DNA from: Macrostomum lignano | Lineage: Eukaryota | Assembly (NCBI GenBank): GCA_002269645.1 | Contig: NIVC01001135.1 | Span: 1-64,000, forward strand | DNA length: 64,000 nucleotides | Reading direction: 5' to 3' | Shown here: positions 11,201 through 24,160 of the stretch, piece after piece | Numbering within the stretch: the first letter of the stretch is position 1 | How the letters are laid out: the number at the start of each line of letters is the position of its first letter | Program-made: the position numbers and the translations under genes | The notes under the pieces: generated by a model | The model's database searches: none | What the model was told of the DNA's origin: nothing | The model's input: only the letters and a program-made list of their open reading frames with translations

Positions 11201-14200
11201 ATTCCGCTCGATACGCGGAAACTGACCTGAGCCTTGTTAGAAGTACCGAGCTGGACGTTATCGTACGATTCACACTACCCATGAGGGCCAACCCCCGAGG
11301 CACAGAAAGTGTACATGACTGACGATTGGAAAGTCGTCGCAGTCGAAAGAATTGCCGCATCGCTGGTTGTGTGACCATGTCGCTGAAGGTGTTGCGCCAG
11401 GGTGCACCCTTTTGTGCAAATATCTGTTATACTTTTATGCCCCGGATCCTAACCTTACTTCAAGAATATTTGATATGAGACGCAAAAAGTTGTTTTCGAG
11501 AACGGCCGACAAGCAAACTTATAATTCCTTCGCTCAGCCGGGCAATTTTCGCATAATTTTTCTCTCCTCAAGAGCTCTGTAATTCTTGTCTCTTGTCTTT
11601 AAATTATACTCCTCGACGCACTTCAAAACGACAGTCGATCCGCAGCCAGAATAGAAGCAAGGGGTTTTGCCCATTCCGCCACCCCCGAGCATGCGGGTGC
11701 ACGCGGACGAGTACGCAGTCACGCACTCGCGCATACAGTAGGCACGCTTTGGGGGCTCTTCAATGCGGCTTGAGTTGCCCAGCCTAATGACCAGTAGGCA
11801 CGCTTTGGGGGCTCTGCAATGCGGCTTGAGTTGCCCAGCCTAATGACCAGTAGGCACGCTTTGGGGGCTCTTCAATGCGGCTTGAGTTGCCCAGCCTAAT
11901 GACCAGTAGGCACGCTTTGGGGGCTCTTCAATGCGGCTTGAGTTGCCCAGCCTAATGACCAGTAGGCACGCTTTGGGGGCTCTTCAATGCGGCTTGAGTT
12001 GCCCAGCGTAATGACCAGTAGGCACGCTTTGGGGGCTCTTCAATGCGGCTTGAGTTGCCCAGCGTAATGACCAGTAGGCACGCTTTGGGGGCTCTTCAAT
12101 GCGGCTTGAGTTGCCCAGCCTAATGACCAGTAGGCACGCTTTGGGGGCTCTGCAATGCGGCTTGAGTTGCCCAGCCTAATGACCAGTAGGCACGCTTTGG
12201 GGGCTCTTCAATGCGGCTTGAGTTGCCCAGCCTAATGACCAGTAGGCACGCTTTGGGGGCTCTTCAATGCGGCTTGAGTTGCCCAGCCTAATGACCAGTA
12301 GGCACGCTTTGGGGGCTCTTCAATGCGGCTTGAGTTGCCCAGCCTAATGACCAGTAGGCACGCTTTGGGGGCTCTTCAATGCGGCTTGAGTTGCCCAGCG
12401 TAATGACCAGTAGGCACGCTTTGGGGGCTCTTCAATGCGGCTTGAGTTGCCCAGCGTAATGACCAGTAGGCACGCTTTGGGGGCTCTTCAATGCGGCTTG
12501 AGTTGCCCAGCCTAATGACCAGTAGGCACGCTTTGGGGGCTCTTCAATGCGGCTTGAGTTGCCCAGCCTAATGACCAGTAGGCACGCTTTGGGGGCTCTT
12601 CAATGCGGCTTGAGTTGCCCAGCCTAATGACCAGTAGGCACGCTTTGGGGGCTCTGCAATGCGGCTTGAGTTGCCCAGCCTAATGACCAGTAGGCACGCT
12701 TTGGGGGCTCTTCAATGCGGCTTGAGTTGCCCAGCCTAATGACAGCCGATTTTGTAATCAACTTTCGTCAGCAATGTTTAATCAGAGCTCGTTCTCGAGT
12801 CGCTGTCGTCGCTGAGCAGACACCTGTCAACGCCGCGGCTTGGTTGGCCTACCTGGCTCTGCTCCGGCGCGTAGATCCATCGCACGCTGCTCAGTCCGAG
12901 CATGTCGGCCGGTCCGAGCCACAGCTCGCCAATGGCGGCCAAGAACCCGTAGCCGCTGTTGATGCCGCCTGCTCTGCGCGGGTCCAGCTGCATGGCAGGC
13001 AGCCCAGGCAGCGAGCGGACAGGCGGGCGGGCGGCCGGTCGGAGGGAAAGCTGGCCAAGCCGCGCGTCCTGCTGCTACTTTTCTGTCTGTAGCAGCGATC
13101 GGGGAGATTGGGAGGGGAGGAGCAGCTTTGCCGGCCGGGGATTCGGCGGGCGGGAGAAGAGAAAGAGCATGGGGATCATGGGTCGAGATTATTATTGGGG
13201 AGAAAGACGAGTTTGCAAACGAAACTGAATGAGGGGAGCGGAGCGGGTGAAGGCCGGTTGTTCCGGCCTAGAGAGAGAGGGAAGTTTATGCACGCTTGAT
13301 GGCGGCCGCGTCTGGGCCAGCCTTCGATGCTGATTAGGAAGTTTCGTCGGTTCCTTGGAACTTTTTAGGGAAGTGAAAAAATGGTTGAAACTTGTTGGGC
13401 TTATTGGGCATCCGTAGCTCAGTGTTCCACAAGAATTCAACAGAAATGAATGCGGAAGACGTGGAGTTCTTGGCCTGGAATCCGGAATGGAGAACTCTGG
13501 AGAGAGAAATCCAGACATTGGGCTTCACACTCCCAGATATTGCAAAGCAGAAAGGATACAAGATAAGTAGAAGAAGCAGCGCAGAAAGCGAAGCGGCTGC
13601 GGATTATGAATTGATAAACAGTTCCGGGCTCACTGGAACTTTTGGAGGGGCCAAAAAAAGCAGCGGCAGTCGAAAAATCGCAATGCAATTTTGTGTGCGC
13701 GAGGATCTGCGCTCCCAACCCTTGGTCGCTTCCTTCTCCGTCTCAGTGTTTTTTTGCCCCGTCGGCTGCAACGGGAACCAGGGCTGAGAAAAAGTTTCTA
13801 GGGAATGCCATCGCAGCTCGCCCCATAGTGGGAGAGACAGATCAAACCTCCTCTTCTATTGCAGCAATTCAGTCAACTGTACGAGCGCACAGAACTTCTC
13901 TTCCTTCTCCAGCTCCGTCGGTCCTTCGGGCGGACGAAAATATTCCCAGTTTCTTTTCGCAAGTTGGAAGATGCAACAGCGACTCAGACAGTCGGATCCC
14001 ATGGGGGGGGTCTATACTTTAGGGTTCAAGCACGGTCGGTAAGGCTTGAAGGAGAAGATTTACTAAGCTTCTCAGGCGGTTCAGAACCAATTGTGTTGAA
14101 AATTTTTCATTAATATTCTTTCCATAGTCGATTCAGTGCACCAAAAATAGCCGAGAAGTTATTGATTGCAAAATTTCTTTAAACAGAAATCTCCCTAAAA

Positions 14201-17200
14201 TAGTTGAAAACGCTTATCCCAGTTTGCACTACTGTAGGAATAAGCAACAGTAGTATCATAAGAAAATTGGTTTTAAAATGAGTATTAACCCCAGTTCCTC
14301 AGTCCCCACCAGGCCTGCTCTCCGCCGAACTCACCCTCCTCAGCGGCACAGCTGCCGACTCGCCATCGGCAGCAGCTCCAGCTGCCGCGGCAGTTAGCGA
14401 GCCGTGCCCGGCAGCGAAGAGACCCGCCAGCCGCTGCTGCCGCTGCTCGCGAGCCTCCGGCGCCGTCAGCATGGTCAGCGGCACCGGCACCAGGCTGTAG
14501 GTCTCGCCAGTCGTTTCTTCACCTTGTTCAGCATCTCCAGCCTCATCGCCCACGGTTCCGTCTTCATCATCCTCGTCGTCCTCATCCTCGGAGCCGGCGC
14601 AACCCAGCCGGTGCAGGTTGAACGGCAGGGCGCGGGCGTTGCGCCGCTTCAGCTCGGCGAACTCCTGCGCCAGACTGAGCAGGTTGGCCTTCCGCTCCTC
14701 CCGCCTGGCCTCCTCGGCCGCCTCCTGCGGGTCTTCCGGCTGAGAGGCACCGCCGCCGCCGTCACCGCGCAACGACGACGCCGGCTGTTGAGCTCGACGC
14801 TGCGGCGAGGAAGTCGTCGAGGACGTCGGCTGCAGCGTCCACGACGACGTCGGAGTCGGTGGCGACGCTGGGGGATGCAGCTTGGGCCGGAGCAGGGCGT
14901 CCTGGCTGGCCAGCTGCTCCTTCATCAGCTTGCCGACCTCGCCCATGAGCTCGGAGCAGTCAGACATGATGGAGAGCGAGTCAGCCTCTTTCAGCTGTTC
15001 CAGTCGGCGGCTGCGCAGCGGAGTTGCCGAGGCCGCCGTTGGAACGTCGCTGGCCGCAGCGCCGCCCAGGTTGTCCTCGGTGTTGGAGGCGGAGACGCGC
15101 ATCCAGTCGCTGAAGGAGTTGGAGTTGCGCATGATGTCGCTGCTGAAGCAGCTGCTGATGCTGGCGGTCATGTAGCCGGAAGTGGCCAGGGTTCGCTGGG
15201 CCACCTCCTCCTCGGCCGCCTCCTGATCGATCGGCCAGCAGCGACTGCTCGCGCCGATGCCGCCGCTGACACCCCGGTAGCCGCGGTACCGTCGCCAGGC
15301 TCGTTGAATTCTACGGTGAAAATAGTGAGCGATATATTCAGTTAAAATGCGAACTATGCTACTGAATTTATCGATTTATCAGTAGGCAACAGAGAATATT
15401 TATTAGTTCACATTTTTAACTACTATTGAAAAAATTGAAATAGCGGGCAAATTGAAGCAAATCTTTGCAAAATCCATTTAAGAGGAACCGAAATGTATTT
15501 TGAGCCTTGTGAGTGCGCCTTAGACAAAACACCGATATTTGCAAAATCGGAAATCCAGAAGATTAGAAATTGTGAATTTAGTGCTAAGAAACTGCAAGCT
15601 TCCTTTCTCGCAGGCGTCGCTTTGAGAGCAGCTCTGGAGCACCCTGAGACTGTCTTGAAAAAAAGTTAATTGCGCAACTTGCAAGCTGCAAGCCCACCGG
15701 GAAAGCGAAAGCTGTAGCTAGTAGAAGTTTCCAAGGAGAAAAGTTTCTCAATATTGTTCAACAGGCAGCGCATGATTGATAGGTCTCTGGGCCACTTTGG
15801 GTGCAGCTCGCTCCCAAACTCCCAGGAGGCTCGCGCACCAGTTTTCCTTCGCGTCAGGACTTTTTCCAGCGAAGAAGAATAAGTTTTCCCTGGGATGTGG
15901 CAGCCCGCAAACTCAGCTGTCTCAAGACTATGTTTGGGATTTTTTAATTGTCAACAAGAGAGGCTAGCGGCTCTGCGCATGTTTTTTGTGTGTACTTTTC
16001 GTGCTCCATCGGTGCTTCGGAATATTAATGAGTGTGTAGAGTCTGGCGGATTGCAGAAATTCTCCATTTCCTCGATTTCAGCTCATAACACATTTTGTTC
16101 AGTTCATCACGTTTTGGAGTTTGCACCGCACTAAAGACTGGATCGCGCAAGGCCGCTCGCAAAAAACCTTTTTGGGGCCTGTTTATCGGGATTGCCCAGT
16201 TCCTGTTGTTGGCTGCTCAGTTCCTGTTGTTGGCTGCTCAGTTCCTGTTGTTGACAGCCTAGTTCCTGTTGTTGGTTGCCTAGTTCCTGTTGTTGACAGC
16301 CTAGTTCCTGTTGTTGGTTGCCCAGTTCCTGTTGTTGGTTGCCCAGTTCCTGTTGTTGGTTGCCCAGTTCCTGTTGTTGACTGCCTAGTTCCTGTGGTTG
16401 GTTGCCTAGTTCCTGTTGTTGGTTGCCTAGTTCCTGTTGTTGGCCGCCTAGTACCTGTTGTTGGTTGCCTAGTTCCTGTTGTTGGCTGCTCAGTTCCTGT
16501 TGTTGACAGCCTAGTTCCTGTTGTTGGTTGCCTAGTTCCTGTTGTTGACTGCCTAGTTCCTGTTGTTGATTGCCCAGTTCCTGTTGTTGATTGCCCAGTT
16601 CCTGTTGTTGACTGCCTAGTTCCTGTTGTTGACTGCCTAGTTCCTGTTGTTGATTGCTCAGGTTCCTGTCGTTGGTTGCTCAGTTCCTGTTGTTGGTTGC
16701 TCAGTTCCTGTTGTTGGTTGCTCAGTTCCTGTTGTTGGTTGCTCAGTTCCTGTTGTTGGTTGCCTAGTTCCTGTTGTTGGCTGCTCAGTTCCTGTTTTTG
16801 ACAGCCTAGTTCCTGTTGTTGGTTGCCTAGTTCCTGTTGTTGATTGCCCAGTTCCTGTTGTTGATTGCCCAGTTCCTGTTGTTGATTGCCCAGTTCCTGT
16901 TTTTGGCTGCTCAGTTCCTGTGGTTGGCCGCCTAGTTCCTGTTGTTGGCCGCCTAGTTCCTGTTGTTGGTTGCCTAGTTCCTGTTGTTGGTTGCTCAGTT
17001 CCTGTTGTTGGTTGCTCAGTTCCTGTTGTTGGTTGCCTAGTTCCTGTTGTTGGTTGCTCAGTTCCTGTTGTTGGTTGCTCAGTTCCTGTTGTTGGTTGCC
17101 TAGTTCCTGTTGTTGGTTGCCTAGTTCCTGTTGTTGGCCACCTAGTACCTGTTGTTGGTTGCCTAGTTCCTGTTGTTGGCTGCTCAGTTCCTGTTGTTGA

Positions 17201-20200
17201 CAGCCTAGTTCCTGTTGTTGGTTGCCTAGTTCCTGTTGTTGACTGCCTAGTTCCTGTTGTTGATTGCCCAGTTCCTGTTGTTGACTGCCTAGTTCCTGTT
17301 GTTGACTGCCTAGTTCCTGTTGTTGACTGCCTAGTTCCTGTTGTTGATTGCTCAGGTTCCTGTCGTTGGTTGCTCAGTTCCTGTTTTTGACAGCCTAGTT
17401 CCTGTTGTTGGCCGCCTAGTTCCTGTTGTTGATTGCCCAGTTCCTGTTTTTGGCTGCTCAGTTCCTGTTGTTGGCCGCCTAGTTCCTGTTGTTGGCCGCC
17501 TAGTTCCTGTTGTTGGTTGCCTAGTTCCTGTTGTTGGTTGCTCAGTTCCTGTTGTTGGTTGCTCAGTTCCTGTTGTTGGTTGCCTAGTTCCTGTTGTTGG
17601 TTGCTCAGTTCCTGTTGTTGGTTGCTCAGTTCCTGTTGTTGGTTGCCTAGTTCCTGTTGTTGGTTGCCTAGTTCCTGTTGTTGGTTGCCTAGTTCCTGTT
17701 GTTGGTTGCCTAGTTCCTGTTGTTGGTTGCTCAGTTCCTGTTGTTGACAGCCTAGTTCCTGTTGTTGGCCGCCTAGTTCCTGTTGTTGGTTGCCTAGTTC
17801 CTGTTGCTGGCCGCCTAGTTCCTGTTGTTGGCCGCCTAGTTCCTGTTGTTGGTTGCCTAGTTCCTGTTGTTGACTGCCTAGTTCCTGTTGTTGATTGCCT
17901 AGTTCCTGTTGTTGATTGCCCAGTTCCTGTTGTTGACTGCCTAGTTCCTGTTGTTGACTGCCTAGTTCCTGTTGTTGGTTGCCTAGTTCCTGTTGTTGGT
18001 TGCTCAGTTCCTGTTGTTGGCCGCCTAGTTCCTGTTGTTGGCCGCCTAGTTCCTGTTGTTAGGCACCTGGTTCCTGTTGTTGTGCACCTAGTTCCTGTTG
18101 CTGGCCGCCTAGTTCCTGTTGTTGGCCGCCTATTTGTGTTTCAGCTCCATTTAGGACGGTGAAACTAGAACCCCAAACTCAGTTTTGAAGCGCCAACACT
18201 GTTTTATCAGCGCCACTAAATATCCCATCTGTTGAATATCTATAAATATCAGACCCGAGCAGCCAGGTTCAAATGGATACAGTTTGCATACTTGCAGCTT
18301 ACTTTCCTAATATAGTTAGGCATGGTGGGGGGGCTCTAATATCTGCGCAGCACAGCGCACAGCAACTGTTGCTATGCCGGGTCGGCCAGGTTAGACAGGC
18401 AGAAACAGGCACAAAAAAGGAACGAAAAAAGTCATAAGTGGACGCAATTGTCTCAGACTGAAGAGGAAGGAGGACAGGAGGCATTGGGGAGCAGAATGGA
18501 ATGGCCGCATTCCAAGCCTGGGGTGGGGGGGTGGGAGATGAGGCTCTGTTCTGTACACTTCGCTTCGATTTCGAAGCTGTTTCACCGAGCGGCAAACGGC
18601 GGGAAAGTGCACTGCCGCAGTTGTTGCTAGGGCGAAGAAATTCGCGACAGGCACCTCGCGCGGCTCCCAATTCCAAACTGGGATGCTGGCCGGCTGTGTA
18701 GTCAAATTCCTTCCTGCGGCCTCATTCGGCACTCTTTTTAAATCCCCTTTGACTTTTCTTCACCTCTTCGAGTGTTTTCTTTTCGCTAAAAAAGAAAACT
18801 AAAATTTTCTGCTGAACTGCAAATATCCGTAAGCGGTTGACTGACAGGCAGTTTTGCTTTGAACTTCTTTGGAACAAATAGAAATCCTACTGACCTGACT
18901 TGCCTGAACAGTAGAGTGTCTACCCAAAACAGCATCGGTAGAGTGTCTACCCAAAACAGCATCGGTAGAGTGTCTACCCAAAACAGCATCGGTAGAGTGT
19001 CTACCCAAATCAGCATTGGTAGAGTGTCTACCCAAATCAGCATTGGTAGAGTGTCTACCCAAATCAGCATTGGTAGAGTGTCTACCCAAATCAGCATTGG
19101 TAGAGTGTCTACCCAAATCAGCATTGGTAGAGTGTCTACCCAAAACAGCATCGGTAGAGTGTCTACCCAAAACAGCATCGGTAGAGTGTCTACCCAAATC
19201 AGCATTGGTAGAGTGTCTACCCAAATCAGCATTGGTAGAGTGTCTACCCAAAACAGCATCGGTAGAGTGTCTACCCAAAACAGCATCGGTAGAGTGTCTA
19301 CCCAAATCAGCATTGGTAGAGTGTCTACCCAAATCAGCATTGGTAGAGTGTCTACCCAAATCAGCATTGGTAGAGCAGTGTCTACCCAAAACAGTATTGG
19401 TAGAGTAGTGTCTACCCAAATCAGCATTGGTAGAGTGTCTACCAGTACCCAAATCAGCATTGGTAGAGTGTCTACCAGTACCCAAATCAGCATTGGTAGA
19501 GTGTCTACCAGTACCCAAATCAGCATTGGTAGAGTGTCTACCCAAATCAGCATTGGTAGAGTGTCTACCCAAATCAGCATTGGTAGAGTGTCTACCCAAA
19601 TCAGCATCGATAGAGTGTCTTCCCAAATCAGCATCGATAGAGTGTCTACCCAAATCAGCATTGGTAGAGTGTCTACCCAAATCAGCATTGGTAGAGTGTC
19701 TACCCAAATCAGCATTGGTAGAGTGTCTACCCAAATCAGCATTGGTAGAGTGTCTACCCAAATCAGCATTGGTAGAGTGTCTACCCAAATCAGCATTGGT
19801 AGAGTGTCTACCCAAATCAGCATTGGTAGAGTGTCTACCCAAATCAGCATTGGTAGAGTGTCTACCCAAATCAGCATTGGTAGAGTGTCTACCCAAATCA
19901 GCATTGGTAGAGTGTCTACCCAAATCAGCATTGGTAGAGTGTCTACCCAAATCAGCATTGGTAGAGTGTCTACCCAAATCAGCATTGGTAGAGTGTCTAC
20001 CCAAATCAGCATTGGTAGAGTGTCTACCCAAATCAGCATTGGTAGAGTGTCTACCAAAATCAGCAGTCGATGGTATCCCATACCTTTTGTTTATTCAGCA
20101 AGCCCAATATTTCCCTCTTCAAGCATCCCCGTTTTCAATATCTGCCCATCAATCTGTTGGAACGCAATCGGACTCTCTAATTAGTGTTGGTTGGCAAAAC

Positions 20201-20507
20201 AGGATTAGGGAAAAGCTTTAACGGCTTGTTTGCACAGGTGGGCAATTCGATCCGGTTGGAGTGGCACCAATTTGCTGTTTGCCGGGGCCGGCAGCGGTTT
20301 TATGCCTTTTAGTGGCGCATTAGCGCGGGGGCTGTGCTTGGGGCTTACAGAAAGGCGGCCGTGTCCGAATCCATCTCCACGGTGAGGGGGTCGTTAACGC
20401 CGAATTCCTGGAAAAGGGATATCCTGTTTTCGCCTCTGCCGCTGCCGCCGCCGCTGCCGCTGCCGCCGCCGCTGCCGCTGATGTAGTCAAGACTGGCTGC
20501 AGAATCC
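5296..20507 (-). CDS. SCHIP1: SCHIP1 (schwannomin-interacting protein 1) homolog with an N-terminal IQ motif (IQCJ-SCHIP1-like), multi-exon, at least about 810 aa
   Basis: Phase-consistent GT-AG exons: 20349-20507, 14335-15310, 9617-10015, 9201-9386, 8821-9054 (acceptor may be 9048), 8314-8506, 6815-6908, 5296-5491. Spliced product contains LLTRQAQLQAEAQLALAQARPMARMQLEVE and [45 protein letters not shown], which match the SCHIP1 C-terminal coiled coil as I recall it ([24 protein letters not shown] / [45 protein letters not shown]). The five 3' exons are firm; linkage of the IQ exons rests on splice-phase compatibility. Confidence 0.85.
5971..6793 (+). mobile_element. tRNA-headed SINE copy 1, split by a MITE-like insertion
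   Basis: A-box-like GTAGCCTAGTGG and B-box-like GGCTCGATTCC. Body nearly identical to 34578-35171. A-rich tail AACAACAAA. Decayed TSD GATGTT(A/G)CA. Confidence 0.75.
6190..6696 (+). mobile_element. Non-autonomous element (ACCC...GGG ends, GAGTCG/CGACTC-rich) inserted in SINE copy 1
   Basis: Interrupts the SINE relative to the 34.6-kb copy. Homologous in reverse complement to 48261-48656 (shared TACCCAGGC.AAGAAGCG, ATTGTCTGCGACTCT and CGTTTTCAA.GGG). Confidence 0.6.
8552..8705. repeat. 18-bp minisatellite (GTGGGTGTGCGGAGTGAG), about 8 copies, intronic
   Basis: Direct tandem repeats visible. Confidence 0.9.
9492..9505. promoter_or_regulatory. Canonical RFX X-box GTTACCATGGCAAC inside SCHIP1 intron 9387-9616
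   Basis: Near-palindromic 14-mer matching the X-box consensus; 118 bp upstream of an in-frame ATG at 9374 (MQLCFISD). Confidence 0.6.
11143..11420 (+). mobile_element. Diverged tRNA-headed SINE (copy 3 or a related subfamily)
   Basis: B-box GGGTTCGATTCC near 11195. Shares GAGGGCCAACC...AAGTGTACATG and CCATGTCGCT...GCCAGGGTGCAC blocks with the 34.6-kb copy. Confidence 0.6.
11736..12743. repeat. 56-bp minisatellite, 18 copies
   Basis: Unit CAGTAGGCACGCTTTGGGGGCTCTTCAATGCGGCTTGAGTTGCCCAGCCTAATGAC; period 11736 to 11792; nearly invariant. Confidence 0.97.
12853..12993 (-). CDS. Possible alternative first coding exon of SCHIP1 (MQLDPRR...YAPEQSQ)
   Basis: ATG at 12993, 47 codons, donor CAG|GTAGGC in phase 0, compatible with the phase-0 acceptor at 10015. 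No homology support. Confidence 0.35.
16191..18132. repeat. 21-bp minisatellite (AGTTCCTGTTGTTGGTTGCCT), about 92 copies
   Basis: Tandem units; source of the spurious VPVVGCL and PSSCCW ORFs. Confidence 0.97.
18911..20066. repeat. 27-bp minisatellite (GTAGAGTGTCTACCCAAATCAGCATTG), about 42 copies
   Basis: Tandem units with occasional 3- or 6-bp insertion variants. Confidence 0.97.
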
Positions 20508-20562
20508 CTGGAAGCCGGGAAAGGGGTTTGGGTGCAGTTTTAGGACTTAGTGCCTTTTGGCC

Positions 20563-21423
<861 letters not shown>

Positions 21424-21526
21424 CATGGCCAGTATCTATCAGGGTGAGATCTGTCTATCCTACGCGGGGCATCAGGCATTGGGAATCCGATATAATGCCA
21501 GGATCAATACTTCCAACTCCACTAAC

Positions 21527-21723
21527 AGCCATCGATCTCGCACACCGCGCAGGCAGGATGAGTCAGCTGATAGCAGTTCCACAGCTGCATGCCCCAGAGC
21601 TCCGCAGCCTGGCAACCCCCGGTTCTCTTTTCGGCTCCAAAGCAGACGCTCCGCACTCCGTTGCGGCAGGGGACCCAGAAAATTGCGTTTCCTCATCCTC
21701 CTCTTCTCTTCTCCCCAGTCTCC
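21527..21723 (-). CDS. Tentative further upstream exon of the IQ-SCHIP1 gene
   Basis: Acceptor CTCCCTCCAG at 21724 and donor CT|GTTAGT at 21526 in phase 2, compatible with the acceptor at 20507. Frame is open but has no recognisable homology. Confidence 0.3.
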
Positions 21724-22107
21724 CTGGAGGGAGTTCGCAATTTGCATTTCCCAAGCGCGACAGAGGGGACCACCGCTTCCCCTCCATCATTCCCAGCCTC
21801 CATCATTCCCAGCCAGTGGCGACGGATTTTCTAATTTGAGAATTCAGTCGCCAATTTGCGTTTATCGTTTCTCGTCTTTTTATTGGGCAAAGCTGGCACC
21901 GCGCGCTCGTGCCTGGCTTCTTCCTGCGGCCTTCGGTCTCTGCTTCTCCTGGTGGTTTCGGTGACCTGCTTTAGAACTGCTTTGGCTATGCTCACCAACT
22001 GGACTGCGAGCTGGCGTCCTTAATACTGGGCTTGAAAATTTTCCACAAATAATTGCACCTATTTAAGGTATTTTAAAGGGAATTTCTGCACCTTCTGCAC
22101 CTTCATT

Positions 22108-22515
22108 CCCTCTCTCTCCCTTTCTCTCTCCCTCTCCCTCGCCCTCTCCCTCTCCCTCTGGCTCACCTCACTCCCTCTCCCTCTCATCACTCTCTCTCCC
22201 TCTCCCTCTTCTCACTCACCTTCTCCCTCTCCCTCTCATCACTCTCCTTCTCCCTCTCCCTCTCCCTTTCTCTCTCCCTCTCCCTCTCATCACTCTCTCT
22301 CCCTCTCCCTCTTCTCACTCACCTTCTCCCTCTCCCTCTCCCTTTCTCTCTCCCTCTCCCTCTCATCACTCTCTCTCTTTCCCTCTCCCTCTTCTTACCC
22401 TCCTTCTCCCTCTCCCTCTCCCTTTCTCTCTCCCTCTCCTCTCATCACTCTCCCTCTCTCCCTCTCCTTCTCCTCCCTCTCACTCTGCTTCTTCCTTTTT
22501 ATCTCCCTCTCCCTT
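22108..22515. repeat. CT-rich low-complexity repeat
   Basis: CTCTCC/CCCTCT runs. Confidence 0.9.
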
Positions 22516-23284
22516 TTATTCCACACTTTAGTCTACCTGTAACTACCTGTCCAACTGAGTCATTATCACGATGTATTGTTCAAGTATATTTTCTACATGC
22601 ATAATTAATTCATGCCCTTCACGCTAAAAGCAGAAAAACTCACTTAAAGTTAACTTACATTTCCAGCCGAGTCTAGACCCTAACCTCTCCTTTGTCGCTG
22701 CCAGCACATTTGACTCAGAGGTTACTAAGCCGCATACTTCAAAATTGGAATAATATATCTCTAAATTGCAACAGATACGAAGGCTAAGTATATGCCCTAT
22801 AACGACTAGTTGTTCTCTTTGGCATGTTCAGCCAAGTGAAACCTCTAAGCGAGAGAGAGAGAGCGAGAGAGAGAGAGAGAAAGAGAGAGAGGCTCAGAGC
22901 GAGCGAGTGAATGAGACTTGAGTTAGTTTCCAAGTGCAGTACCAACTTATTTTTGTCCGTCTGCACGCATTCATTGGCGCCTGCCCTGACCCGCTCTCCT
23001 GCGACCTCGTGCTGGGTGGTCCCCCCTCTCTCCCCCCTGCATCTCTGCCACCCTATTACGGCACCCTAGCTCAGGAAGAGAAGAAAGAGAATGCACAGCA
23101 AATTTTGGATAAACTTTTTTAGGCTGCTATTCAAATAGAGTCGATTTAGTCACTGTGCCATTGTGGCGGTCTGCAAACTTCACACTTTCTCTCTTGCCAA
23201 CGCATTGCGTAAAGAAGAGCACATTTGAGTGAAAATTTCAGAAACTTCTAGTGGTTCTTAAGCAATGGAATCAAGCGATTCTTT

Positions 23285-24160
23285 CACACCTGACAACCAA
23301 TCAAAATCACAAGCTGTGGCACACCTGACAACCAATCAAAATCACAAGCTGTGGCACACCTGACAACCAATCAAAATCACAAGCTGTGGCACACCTGACA
23401 ACCAATCAAAATCACACACTGTGGCTCACCTGACAACCAATCAAAATCACAAGCTGTGGCTCACCTGACAACCAATCAAAATCACAAGCTGTGGCACACC
23501 TGACAACCAATCAAAATCACAAGCTGTGGCTCACCTGACAACCAATCAAAATCACAAGCTGTGGCTCACCTGACAACCAATCAAAATCACAAGCTGTGGC
23601 ACACCTGACAATAAATCAACATCACAAGCTGTGGCACACCTGACAACCAATCAAAATCACAAGCTGTGGCTCACCTGACAACCGATCAAAATCACAAGCT
23701 GTGGCTCACCTGACAACCAATCAAAATCACACACTGTGGCACACCTGACAACCAATCAACATCACAAGCTGTGGCTCACCTGACAATCAATCAACATCAC
23801 AAGCTGTGGCTCACCTGACAACCAATCAAAATCACACACTGTGGCACACCTGACAACCAATCAAAATCACACACTGTGGCTCACCTGACAACCAATCAAA
23901 ATCACAAGCTGTGGCACACCTGACAACCAATCAAAATCACACACTGTGGCACACCTGACAACCAATCAAAATCACAAGCTGTGGCTCACCTGACAACCAA
24001 TCAAAATCACACACTGTGCAGTGGCTCACCTGACAACCAATCAAAATCACAAGCTGTGGCTCACCTGACAACCAATCAAAATCACACACTGTGGCTCACC
24101 TGACAACCAATCAAAATCACACACTGTGGCACACCTGACAACCAATCAAAATCACACGGT
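23285..24160. repeat. 35-bp minisatellite (CACCTGACAACCAATCAAAATCACAAGCTGTGGCT), about 25 copies
   Basis: Period 23287 to 23322. Confidence 0.97.

Noticed and set aside
11736-12743. Regular direct repeats (also 23285-24160, 47503-47956) as CRISPR arrays
   Set aside because: No unique spacers, no cas genes, eukaryotic context.
13392-13787. 131-aa plus-strand ORF in a SCHIP1 intron
   Set aside because: No recognisable motif, lacks the GC3 bias of real exons here, no clear splice context.
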